A stretch of DNA of 11,502 bases from Pseudomonadota bacterium (GCA_043804515.1 JAZDIZ010000173.1:1-11502), one strand, 5' to 3'; positions 1-6,874 are shown, counted from the first letter of the stretch. A program made the numbers and translations. The notes: generated by a model from the sequence alone, not told the origin.

Positions 1-2
1 CG

Positions 3-788
3 GTTCTGTTCCCGGTTCTGAAAGGGGCGGTCCGCCATTTGAAGAGGATCGACCTCAAGGCGATCATCGCGCAGGCTCTCCACATGGGGGACGAAGTGCA
101 CAACCGGAACCGCGCCGCCACGTCCCTGTTCTTCCGCGTGATCGCCCCGGCGATCGTCCGGACGTGCAAAGACCAGGAAGCCGCCGCCGGCGCATTGGAT
201 TTCATCAACGGGAACGATCATTTCTTTCTGAACCTCTCGATGGCGGCTTCGAAGGCGATGCTGGATGCGGCCCGGAACATTCCCGATTCCAGCCTGTGTG
301 TGGTCATGGCACGGAACGGCGTGGATTTCGGCGTTCAGCTTTCGGGAACCGGAGACACGTGGTTCACGGGGCCGTCTCCGGTGCCGGACGCGTTGTTTTT
401 CAAAGGGTTCACGAAGAACGACGCCAACCCCGATATCGGCGACAGCTCGATCACCGAAACCGCCGGGCTGGGGGGCTTCGCCATTGCCGCTTCGCCGGCG
501 ATCGTGCAATTCGTGGGAGGGAGCGTCGAGGACGCCCTCTCGACGACGCTCGCGATGTATGAGATCACATTGGCCGAGAATCGGGCGTTTCAGATCGCCC
601 CTCTCGGCTTTCGAGGGAGCCCTACGGGGATCGACGCTTTGAAGGTCGCCGAGACCAGGATCACGCCGTTCATCGACACGGGCGTGGCGCACAAAAACGC
701 GGGCGTCGGCCAGATCGGGGCGGGAGTTTTGAGCGCGCCGCTCGAGCCGTTCGAAAAAGCGGCGAACGCGTTCGCCCGAAGTCTTTAG
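3..788 (+). CDS. DUF1116 domain protein (YlbE/YahG, AllG oxamate carbamoyltransferase subunit-like); 5' end outside the window
   Basis: The frame is open from base 3 (VLFPVLKGAVRHLKRIDLK...), so the TTG at 39 is not the real start. Family motifs: ALHMGDEVHNRN, NDHFFLNLSMAA, MARNGVDFG, NPDIGDSSITET, GSPTGID, IDTGVAHK, GVGQIGAG. Stop TAG at 786-788. Confidence 0.88.
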   Translation, partial: VLFPVLKGAVRHLKRIDLKAIIAQALHMGDEVHNRNRAATSLFFRVIAPAIVRTCKDQEAAAGALDFINGNDHFFLNLSMAASKAMLDAARNIPDSSLCVVMARNGVDFGVQLSGTGDTWFTGPSPVPDALFFKGFTKNDANPDIGDSSITETAGLGGFAIAASPAIVQFVGGSVEDALSTTLAMYEITLAENRAFQIAPLGFRGSPTGIDALKVAETRITPFIDTGVAHKNAGVGQIGAGVLSAPLEPFEKAANAFARSL

Positions 789-810
789 ATTTGAAAACAG
801 GAGAGCACGC

Positions 811-1632
811 ATGAAAACCGATGAATTTCTTTCGTTCATGAATCAGGTCCGGGTTTACGACCTGACGCAGCCGTTGAGCATTCACACGCCGCCGTGGCCC
901 AGCTACGTGCCGCTGCAGGTCCAATACTTCAAAAGGATCGCCGGCGCCCATATGGGGCAGGGGGCGAACGGCCAGATCATCACGACGAGCCATCATGTGG
1001 GAACGCATATGGACGGCGAGATCCATTTCCACGCCAGCGGCCGGACGATCGGCCAGGTTCCGCTGAATGAATGGATCGGCCCCGGTGTCGTCGTGGACAT
1101 TTCCGACCAAGTCGGAGACTACGATCTTTATTCCCCCGAGATGGCGATGAAGAAGGCGGACATCCGCAAAGGGGACATCCTGATCATCGACACCGGCTAT
1201 CACCGTTATGCCTGGGATCAGGAGGGCTCCGACGAGCTACGTTATTTCGTCCGCCATCCCGGCCCCGGGCCGGGGTTCCACAAATGGGTGACCGATATGA
1301 AGATCAAGTGGATCGGCGTGGATTGCGGAAGCGCGGACCATCCGATGAACACGATCATCCGGACCTGGCACCCGGGAGCGTTCAAAGAAGCCGAGGAAAA
1401 GCTTAAGAAGAACACGGGAAAGGGGTGGGACGAAATGTTCCCGCCGAAGGAGTATTACCAGGTCATGCACTTGAACCTCTTCCCGAAGAAAATCGTCCAC
1501 GCCGAGAACCTGGGCGGCGAGATCGAGAAGGTGAGCAACCAGCGTGTCTGGATCGGCTGCTTCCCGCTCCGCGGAATCGAGTTGGAGTCGTCGATGTGCC
1601 GGATCGTGGCCTTGGCGCCCCCCAAAGACTGA
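811..1632 (+). CDS. Cyclase-family metal-dependent amidohydrolase (kynurenine formamidase/isatin hydrolase-like), 273 aa
   Basis: N-terminal YDLTQPL..TPPWP; metal motif HVGTHMDGEIH (family HxGTHxDxPxH); GDILIIDTG; IGVD; C-terminal HAENL and SMCRIVA. AGGAG RBS upstream of the ATG. Confidence 0.9.
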   Translation: MKTDEFLSFMNQVRVYDLTQPLSIHTPPWPSYVPLQVQYFKRIAGAHMGQGANGQIITTSHHVGTHMDGEIHFHASGRTIGQVPLNEWIGPGVVVDISDQVGDYDLYSPEMAMKKADIRKGDILIIDTGYHRYAWDQEGSDELRYFVRHPGPGPGFHKWVTDMKIKWIGVDCGSADHPMNTIIRTWHPGAFKEAEEKLKKNTGKGWDEMFPPKEYYQVMHLNLFPKKIVHAENLGGEIEKVSNQRVWIGCFPLRGIELESSMCRIVALAPPKD

Positions 1633-1643
1633 CCGGAGGAGTC

Positions 1644-2534
1644 ATGCCTCTCATCCGCGATTTCGAGTATCACCGCCCCGCGACGCTTCCGGAGGCGCTC
1701 GCACTTCTGGCCCGCTTCGGCGAGAAGGCCGCGCCGTTGGCGGGAGGAACCGATCTCATCCTGGGGATGAAGGACGAGGTGAAGACCCCCGACGCGGTGA
1801 TCGATTTAAAGAGGATCGCGGAGCTGTCCAGGCTCGAGGTTGCCGGGGAGCGGTTGTCCATCGGCGCGCTCGTGACGTTCAATGAGCTGATCGAGTCCCG
1901 CGAGGTGAAGGAGAAGTTTCCGCTCGTATGGGAGTCCTCCCGGACCGTGGGCTCGTGCGGCCTGAGGAACCGGGCCACGATGATCGGAAACATCTGCTCG
2001 GCCGTCCCGTGCCTCGATTCGGCCGGCCCGCTCCTGGTTTATGACGCGGAAGTCGTCACGGTTTCCACCAAAGGCGAGAGGCGGACGCCCATCGAGAAGT
2101 GGTTCGTGGATTACAAACGCACGGCCAGAAAAGCGGACGAGCTCGTGAAATCCGTCGAGTGTTCAGCACCGAAGAAAGGCCATGGCGGGGCATACGTGAA
2201 ACTCGGCCGATACGCGGGCGAAGATCTCGGCCAGGTGAACGTGACGATCCTGAAGACGGCGGAGAAAGTTTGGAAGGTGGCGTTCGGTGCCGTGGCCGCC
2301 GTTCCGCTTCGGGCGACGAAGGTCGAGGCGTTGCTGGCGGGAAAGGATCTGGACGGCGAGCTTTTGGCCGGGGCTAAGCGGCTGATCGAGCAAGAGATCA
2401 GGCCGATCACGGACGTCCGGGCCACGAAGGAATACCGGCTTCACATGGCCCGGATCATGTTCGAGAGAGGCGCCAAAGCCGCGGAGGCCAGGCTCAAGGG
2501 AACTGCGCCTGCGTACGGCGAGAGCCTGTTGTGA
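1644..2534 (+). CDS. Xanthine dehydrogenase/CoxM-family FAD-binding (medium) subunit, 296 aa
   Basis: ATG at 1644 with GGAGG at 1635-1639, right after the cyclase stop. Motifs FEYHRPATLPEA, LAGGTDL, IGALVT, LRNRATMIGNI, PITDVRATKEYR. Confidence 0.93.
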   Translation: MPLIRDFEYHRPATLPEALALLARFGEKAAPLAGGTDLILGMKDEVKTPDAVIDLKRIAELSRLEVAGERLSIGALVTFNELIESREVKEKFPLVWESSRTVGSCGLRNRATMIGNICSAVPCLDSAGPLLVYDAEVVTVSTKGERRTPIEKWFVDYKRTARKADELVKSVECSAPKKGHGGAYVKLGRYAGEDLGQVNVTILKTAEKVWKVAFGAVAAVPLRATKVEALLAGKDLDGELLAGAKRLIEQEIRPITDVRATKEYRLHMARIMFERGAKAAEARLKGTAPAYGESLL

Positions 2535-2544
2535 GGAGGCGTAA

Positions 2545-3012
2545 ATGAAAACCGCGATCCGTCTCAAGCTCAACGGCGAAAGATGGAACATCGATGTGGA
2601 GCCCACCGACATCCTCATGGAAGTCCTGCGGGATAAGCTGGGCGCGAAAAGCGTCAAGTGCGGTTGTGAGCGCGGGGATTGCGGGGCATGCACCGTACTT
2701 CTGGACGGCCGGAGCGTGAGGAGTTGTCTGGTGTTGGCCGTGGAGGCGGACGGGAGCGAGGTGACTACGGTGGAGGGGATCTGCCGGGACGGCATTACGC
2801 CTCTTCAAAAGGAATTTCTGTCGCACAACTCGTTTCAATGCGGCTTTTGCGCGCCCGGGATCGTCGTCTCGGCCACGGAACTTCTGAAAAAGAATCCGAA
2901 TCCATCGAAAGTGGAGATCCAGGAAGCCATCAGCGGAAACCTCTGCCGCTGCACGGGCTACACCCCGATCATCGAGGCGGTCGAAAGTATCGCCGGAAGG
3001 AAGGGGAGGTAA
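2545..3012 (+). CDS. Xanthine dehydrogenase/CoxS-family (2Fe-2S)-binding small subunit, 155 aa
   Basis: GCERGDCGACTV...SC and QCGFC...NLCRCTGY cluster-binding motifs. GAGGAGG RBS overlaps the upstream stop. Confidence 0.95.
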   Translation: MKTAIRLKLNGERWNIDVEPTDILMEVLRDKLGAKSVKCGCERGDCGACTVLLDGRSVRSCLVLAVEADGSEVTTVEGICRDGITPLQKEFLSHNSFQCGFCAPGIVVSATELLKKNPNPSKVEIQEAISGNLCRCTGYTPIIEAVESIAGRKGR

Positions 3013-3015
3013 GCC

Positions 3016-5352
3016 ATGGCTGACCTGAAGTTTATCGGAAAGTCGGTGCAGCGGATCGACGGCCTGGAGAAAATCACCGGAGCGGCGAAATACGTTGATG
3101 ACATCGACTTCGGCCCCAACCTTCTTTACGCCGAGATCGTGGAGAGCCCGCACGCCCACGCCCGGATCAAATCCATCGATACTGCCGACGCGGCGGCCGT
3201 GGAAGGCGTTGTCCGCGTCGTGACGGGGGAGGACTTCCCGTACCGTTTCGGCCTGTACATGAAAGACCGCTACGTCTTCGCTCAGGACGTCGTGCGGTTC
3301 GTAGGCGAACAGGTGGCGGCCGTGATCGCCCGAACGCCCAAGATCGCGAAACAGGCCGCTAAGAAAGTTCGGGTGGAATACGAGCTGTTGACGCCGGTGT
3401 TCGACCCGGTCAAGGCGGTCGAGGACGGATCGACGCTGGTCCATCCCGAGCTGGGAGAATACCCGCACGTTCCGTGGTTCTTTCCCAAGGCGGGATCGAA
3501 CATCGCCCACCACCGGAAGATCCGACAAGGGGACACGGAAAAAGCGTTCCGCGAGGCGGACCTGGTCGTGGAAGAGACGTACACGGTGCCGCGCTACGCT
3601 CACTGCGCGATCGAGATGCACGGCGCCACAGGGCTTATGGACCACTCGGGGAGGCTGACGGTCTGGACGGCTTCGCAGTCCCCCCACACGCAGCGGAATC
3701 TCTTCGCCGAGACGCTGGCCCCGCTCGGGTTCGCGCACAAGGATATCCGCGTGATCACGCCGTACGTCGGCGGAGGATTCGGCGGAAAAGCCGGCGTGTC
3801 GATGGAAATCCTGGCGGCGGCGATGGCGACGGCGGTGAAGGGAAACCCGGTCAAGGTTCTCTGGTCCCGGGAAAAGGAATTTTACAACACGTACCAGCGC
3901 CAGGGCGTGACGGCGAAATTGAAGCTGGGCGTGAAAAAGGACGGCACGATCACGGCGCTGGACTACACGCTTTATTGGGACGCGGGCGCGTACGTCGAAT
4001 ACGGCGCGAACGTTGTGAACGCCGCGGGGCTTTCGGCCACAGGCCCGTACCGGGTTCCCAACATCAAGATCGACTCCGTGTGCGTCTACACGAACATGCC
4101 ACCGGGCGGCCCGTACCGGGGATTCGGCTATTCGGAATTCCTGTTCGGCCTGGAATCACACATCAACCAGGCGGCGAGGAAGCTCAAGATCGATCCGGTG
4201 GAATTCCGCCGGAAGAACGCGATCCGCGAAGGGGACAAGCTGGCCTACGGCGGGAAGATGAACCCGAGCGGCCTCGTTCAAGCCATCGACAAGGTGGCGG
4301 AAGCCGTGGATTGGGGAAAAAAGGAGAAACCGTCGGCCCCCAACAAAGCGATCGGGAAAGGGTTCGCTCTCTTCTGGAAATCGCCGGCCATGCCGCCGAA
4401 CGCGGGGAGTTCCGCGTTCCTGAAATTCAGCGAGGACGGCAGCCTCAACATCATGGTCTCGGGAATGGAGCTCGGCCAGGGGCTCTTGACCGTCCTGGCG
4501 CAGATCGCGGCGGAGGTTCTGACGGTTCCGCCGTCCAAGATCCGCGTGGAGACGCCGGACACGGACCGGAACCCGTACGAGTGGCAGACGGTGGCTTCGC
4601 ACGTGACGTGGGGTTGCGGAAACGCCGTCAAGATCGCGGCGGAGGACGCGCGGGACCAGATTTTCACGACCGTGGAGCGCGCCCTCGGATTCAAGACGGA
4701 AGATCTCTATCTCGAAGACGAAAAGATCAAGAGCCGCAAGGAACGTTCCTGGTCGCTGGCTTTAAAGGACGTCGTGATCGGCGGGATTCCGATGAAGGAC
4801 GGGACGTACCGGGGCGCTCCGGTTCTGGGACGCGGGATGTTCATGCCGGAGTTTTCCTCGGCGATTTCGGACCCGGAGACGGGCCAAGGCGGAAAGCCGA
4901 ACGTCCATTATACGGTCGGCGCGGCGGCGGCGATCGTCGAGGTCGACAAGGAAACGGGAAAGATGAAGGTCCGAAAAGTCGCGCTGGCTGTGGACGGCGG
5001 GAAGATCATCAATCCCGACCTCGCACGCGGACAGGTGATCGGAGGGATCCTTCAGGGTTTGGCGACGGTGCTTTACGAGGACATGCGGTTCAACGAGAAG
5101 GGCAGGCTCCTGAACCCCAATTTCGCGGACTACAAGATCCCGACGGCGATGGACATTCCCAACGAGGTGATCCCGATTTTCATCGAAGTTCCGCAACCCG
5201 ATGGGCCGTTCGGTGTGCGGGGCATGGGGGAGCACACGATGATTCCGGCGGCGCCGATGATCGCGGGCGCAATAGAGGACGCTCTCGGAATCCGCTTCAC
5301 GTCCATGCCGATCACGGCCGAAAAAGTCGCCCTCGCCCTCAAAGAGCGCTGA
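3016..5352 (+). CDS. Xanthine dehydrogenase-family molybdopterin-binding large subunit, 778 aa (substrate unknown)
   Basis: IGKSVQRIDGLEKITGAAKY, SPHAHARI, VRFVGEQVAAV, GGGFGGK, PYRGFG, ELGQG, GQVIGGILQG, DYKIPT, GPFGVRGMGE (catalytic Glu). GGAGG RBS upstream. The loop is YRGFG, not the AYxCSFR of aerobic CO dehydrogenase. Confidence 0.95.
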   Translation: MADLKFIGKSVQRIDGLEKITGAAKYVDDIDFGPNLLYAEIVESPHAHARIKSIDTADAAAVEGVVRVVTGEDFPYRFGLYMKDRYVFAQDVVRFVGEQVAAVIARTPKIAKQAAKKVRVEYELLTPVFDPVKAVEDGSTLVHPELGEYPHVPWFFPKAGSNIAHHRKIRQGDTEKAFREADLVVEETYTVPRYAHCAIEMHGATGLMDHSGRLTVWTASQSPHTQRNLFAETLAPLGFAHKDIRVITPYVGGGFGGKAGVSMEILAAAMATAVKGNPVKVLWSREKEFYNTYQRQGVTAKLKLGVKKDGTITALDYTLYWDAGAYVEYGANVVNAAGLSATGPYRVPNIKIDSVCVYTNMPPGGPYRGFGYSEFLFGLESHINQAARKLKIDPVEFRRKNAIREGDKLAYGGKMNPSGLVQAIDKVAEAVDWGKKEKPSAPNKAIGKGFALFWKSPAMPPNAGSSAFLKFSEDGSLNIMVSGMELGQGLLTVLAQIAAEVLTVPPSKIRVETPDTDRNPYEWQTVASHVTWGCGNAVKIAAEDARDQIFTTVERALGFKTEDLYLEDEKIKSRKERSWSLALKDVVIGGIPMKDGTYRGAPVLGRGMFMPEFSSAISDPETGQGGKPNVHYTVGAAAAIVEVDKETGKMKVRKVALAVDGGKIINPDLARGQVIGGILQGLATVLYEDMRFNEKGRLLNPNFADYKIPTAMDIPNEVIPIFIEVPQPDGPFGVRGMGEHTMIPAAPMIAGAIEDALGIRFTSMPITAEKVALALKER

Positions 5353-5367
5353 CGCTCGCGCGAATCC

Positions 5368-5541
5368 GCCGAATAACTTTCGGCTCCGCACATCTGTTCG
5401 GGCCGGAGGGTTGTGCACCCCCATGGCTGCAGGCTTTCGCCACGGGGACCCCCAACCCCCCGGCCGCGAGTTCTTGGTAGCAGCGCCTTTCCACCCTGAC
5501 GACCGCTGCACGTGAGATGGGCACATGCGGCGCGGGCTATT
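5368..5541 (-). ncRNA. Candidate structured non-coding RNA or cis-element, multi-branched, family not recognised
   Basis: Nested complementary segments (+ coordinates): 5386-5395 with 5515-5519 plus 5526-5530; 5401-5413 with 5453-5465; 5419-5427 with 5439-5447; 5480-5485 with 5504-5509; 5372-5377 with 5536-5541; alternative hairpin 5368-5384. Three A-C mismatches on + are G-U pairs on -. Confidence 0.5.
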
Positions 5542-5637
5542 TTCAAGGTGATGACCAAGTGCTGGATTTGGATCCAATTGTTTGTTTCATGGCCGACGGG
5601 CCATCGGCCTAAGCCGGAAACGATCTTCGTTTGTGGA

Positions 5638-5685
5638 AATTGGGGACACGTACCAATTGTTGTCTTTTTAACCAGGATTCTCCGC
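5638..5685 (+). repeat. Left 48-bp inverted repeat (IR-L) of the cassette
   Basis: AATTGGGGACACGTACCAATTGTTGTCTTTTTAACCAGGATTCTCCGC; matches the reverse complement of 6811-6858 at 46/48 positions. Confidence 0.97.
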
Positions 5686-5719
5686 TAACAGCCTACAACG
5701 GCAGGTGTTTTTGAAATGC

Positions 5720-5736
5720 GTACGTGTCCCCAATTT
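5720..5736 (-). repeat. Third, short copy of the repeat end (REP-like)
   Basis: GTACGTGTCCCCAATTT is the exact reverse complement of 5637-5653 (17 bp); 5720-5735 is an exact 16-bp direct repeat of 6843-6858. Confidence 0.95.
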
Positions 5737-5738
5737 GC

Positions 5739-6380
5739 CTAGGATCGCTTCGCCCGCGAGCGCATCACACGGCGGAGGGCGGAGGGGGCCGAGCGCCTGA
5801 GTTCTCTGGGGAGCGAAAGGCGAAACCGCTCGAATTGCTCCACGAGATAGATCAGATCCAACAGATTTCCCGATTCGAATACGGCCTGCACGTCATCCAT
5901 GTCTTTGAAGCGGCTCGGATTGTCGCGGAGGGCAAACGCCTTGCTGACGATGAAATCCTCGACCGTGATGGTCGGCAACTTGGCGAAGCCGAAGTCGATC
6001 ACGTGATGTTGAGCCCGCTCCACGGCCTGCGGGACCCAGAGCATGCCGGGAAGAAGGATGTCCACGCCTCCTTCGGATTCCCGCCCCTCCATTCGGCCGA
6101 CCAGCATTACGACCGGAGACGTCTTTCTTCCCATCATCGGGCTTCGCTTCAAATCAGCCTGCCGGGCGATCCCCACCCGGAACCCCAGGTCTCGAAGAAG
6201 CCGGCCGGCCACTTCCTGGGATCGGATAGGCGCGTCCGCGAGGAGGAGAAGGTCTACATCCCGGGTAAGCCTGGGTTCCTTGCGGAAGAGGTTCGCCGCG
6301 ATTCCACCCGCCACGGCGAAGCGGCAGTCCACACGCCTGAGAGCCCTCTCCGTGGTGCGGAGAATCTCAAGGGGCCCCAC
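5739..6380 (-). CDS. Nucleotidyltransferase, MenT1/AbiEii (DUF1814-like) putative toxin, 213 aa
   Basis: GTG start with GGAGG 5 nt upstream; overlaps the upstream gene end by 14 nt. Motifs FAVAGGIAA, EPRLTRDVD (GG...RxTxDxD), GVDIL, and C-terminal K..A..D..R.KDMDD, matching my recollection of M. tuberculosis MenT1 (EPRFTRDVD, VDLL, KLLARDDDRRPQDRSD). Confidence 0.85.
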   Translation of the reverse strand: MGPLEILRTTERALRRVDCRFAVAGGIAANLFRKEPRLTRDVDLLLLADAPIRSQEVAGRLLRDLGFRVGIARQADLKRSPMMGRKTSPVVMLVGRMEGRESEGGVDILLPGMLWVPQAVERAQHHVIDFGFAKLPTITVEDFIVSKAFALRDNPSRFKDMDDVQAVFESGNLLDLIYLVEQFERFRLSLPRELRRSAPSALRRVMRSRAKRS

Positions 6381-6753
6381 GCAGCCCTCCTTTGATCCTT
6401 TGGAGCTCTTTGAGCGTGGAGCCGATCCAGTTCAAAGCGGGCGCCACTCTCCCGGACCGAGCCACCGCCTGCATCTCCAGCGTCCCGGTTGTGGCCGACT
6501 TCGCGATGGTTTCGAGAAGTCTCCGGTCTGGCGCATCAAGAGCGGACGCGAACCGGAGAGCCCGGCCCCTGCCGGAAGAGACGGCCAGCCCCGCCGCGGA
6601 AAGCCTGCGGAGAATAAGGCTTGCACCGCGCGGGGAGAGACTGCAGAGATCCGCCGTCTCACGCACACCCCTGGGTCCGCGGGACCCGGAGAGACTCCAA
6701 AGGACGCGGAGCGAAGCGTTGGAAAACAGATAACCGCTCAGGGCGGAGTTCAT
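6367..6753 (-). CDS. Winged helix-turn-helix protein (ArsR/IclR/MarR-like N-terminus), putative antitoxin/autorepressor, 128 aa
   Basis: MNSALSGYLFSNASLRVLWSL...GVRETADLCSLSPRGASLILRRLSAAGLAVSSGRGRALRF fits a wHTH pattern, followed by a helical C-terminal extension. The ATG at 6753 lies 6 nt after a -10 box, and the stop overlaps the start of the NTase gene. Confidence 0.8.
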   Translation of the reverse strand: MNSALSGYLFSNASLRVLWSLSGSRGPRGVRETADLCSLSPRGASLILRRLSAAGLAVSSGRGRALRFASALDAPDRRLLETIAKSATTGTLEMQAVARSGRVAPALNWIGSTLKELQRIKGGLRGAP

Positions 6754-6759
6754 GAATAT

Positions 6760-6788
6760 ATTGTATACATTAGTATACACAAATACAA
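6760..6788 (-). promoter_or_regulatory. Sigma70-type promoter, probably giving a leaderless mRNA
   Basis: On the - strand: TTGTAT (6788-6783), 17-nt spacer, TACAAT (6765-6760), 6 nt, then ATG (6753). No Shine-Dalgarno sequence. Confidence 0.75.
6762..6779. promoter_or_regulatory. Palindromic operator TGTATAC-N4-GTATACA overlapping the spacer and -10 box
   Basis: Perfect 7-bp inverted repeat, 6762-6768 / 6773-6779, directly upstream of a wHTH gene. Confidence 0.7.
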
Positions 6789-6810
6789 GTCGAACTTTTG
6801 AGGTAGAAAT

Positions 6811-6858
6811 GCGGAGAATCCTGGTTGAAAAGACAGCAATTGGTACGTGTCCCCAATT
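6811..6858 (-). repeat. Right 48-bp inverted repeat (IR-R) of the cassette
   Basis: GCGGAGAATCCTGGTTGAAAAGACAGCAATTGGTACGTGTCCCCAATT; reverse complement of 5638-5685 with 2 mismatches. It ends 16 bp from the stop of the PilW-like gene. Confidence 0.97.
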
Positions 6859-6874
6859 ACGGTCAGAAGGAGGG

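Larger units (their letters stand above)
5638..6858. mobile_element. Putative non-autonomous, inverted-repeat-bounded cassette (1221 bp) carrying a wHTH gene and a nucleotidyltransferase gene
   Basis: Near-perfect 48-bp terminal IRs, compact two-gene cargo with its own promoter, position between two unrelated convergent operons. No transposase or recombinase and no visible target-site duplication. Confidence 0.6.

Noticed and set aside
1425..1643. N-terminal extension of the FAD subunit in the ORF track
   Set aside because: It overlaps the cyclase gene; family similarity and an RBS support the ATG at 1644.
2494..3738. 414-aa antisense ORF, and the other antisense or alternative-frame ORFs in the track
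   Set aside because: They overlap well-supported genes and show no recognisable domains or RBS.
3474..5480. 668-aa alternative-frame ORF inside the Mo-subunit gene
   Set aside because: Arg/Gly/Pro-rich with no motifs; a typical shadow ORF from high GC3 codon bias.
5353..5545. SRP RNA, 6S RNA, tRNA, group II intron end or intrinsic terminator
   Set aside because: No SRP GGAAGGAAGCAG loop, no cloverleaf or TTCGA arm, no domain V helix and no U-tract; the fold is branched rather than a 6S-like rod.
5574..5582. 9-bp CCAATTGTT matching 5653-5661 within IR-L
   Set aside because: Too short to separate from chance and not positioned as a target-site duplication.
5585..5640. Possible Moco riboswitch (CCTAAG, GGAAAC, TGGAAA words; overlapping hairpins 5589-5604 and 5591-5609)
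   Set aside because: The enclosing CTCC/GGAG stem and GCCTCC element are missing, and it lies downstream rather than upstream of the Mo-enzyme operon.
5637..6858. CRISPR array or integron attC interpretation of the repeats
   Set aside because: Only three copies, in mixed orientation and irregular spacing; no cas or intI gene; no RYYYAAC...GTTRRRY boundaries.
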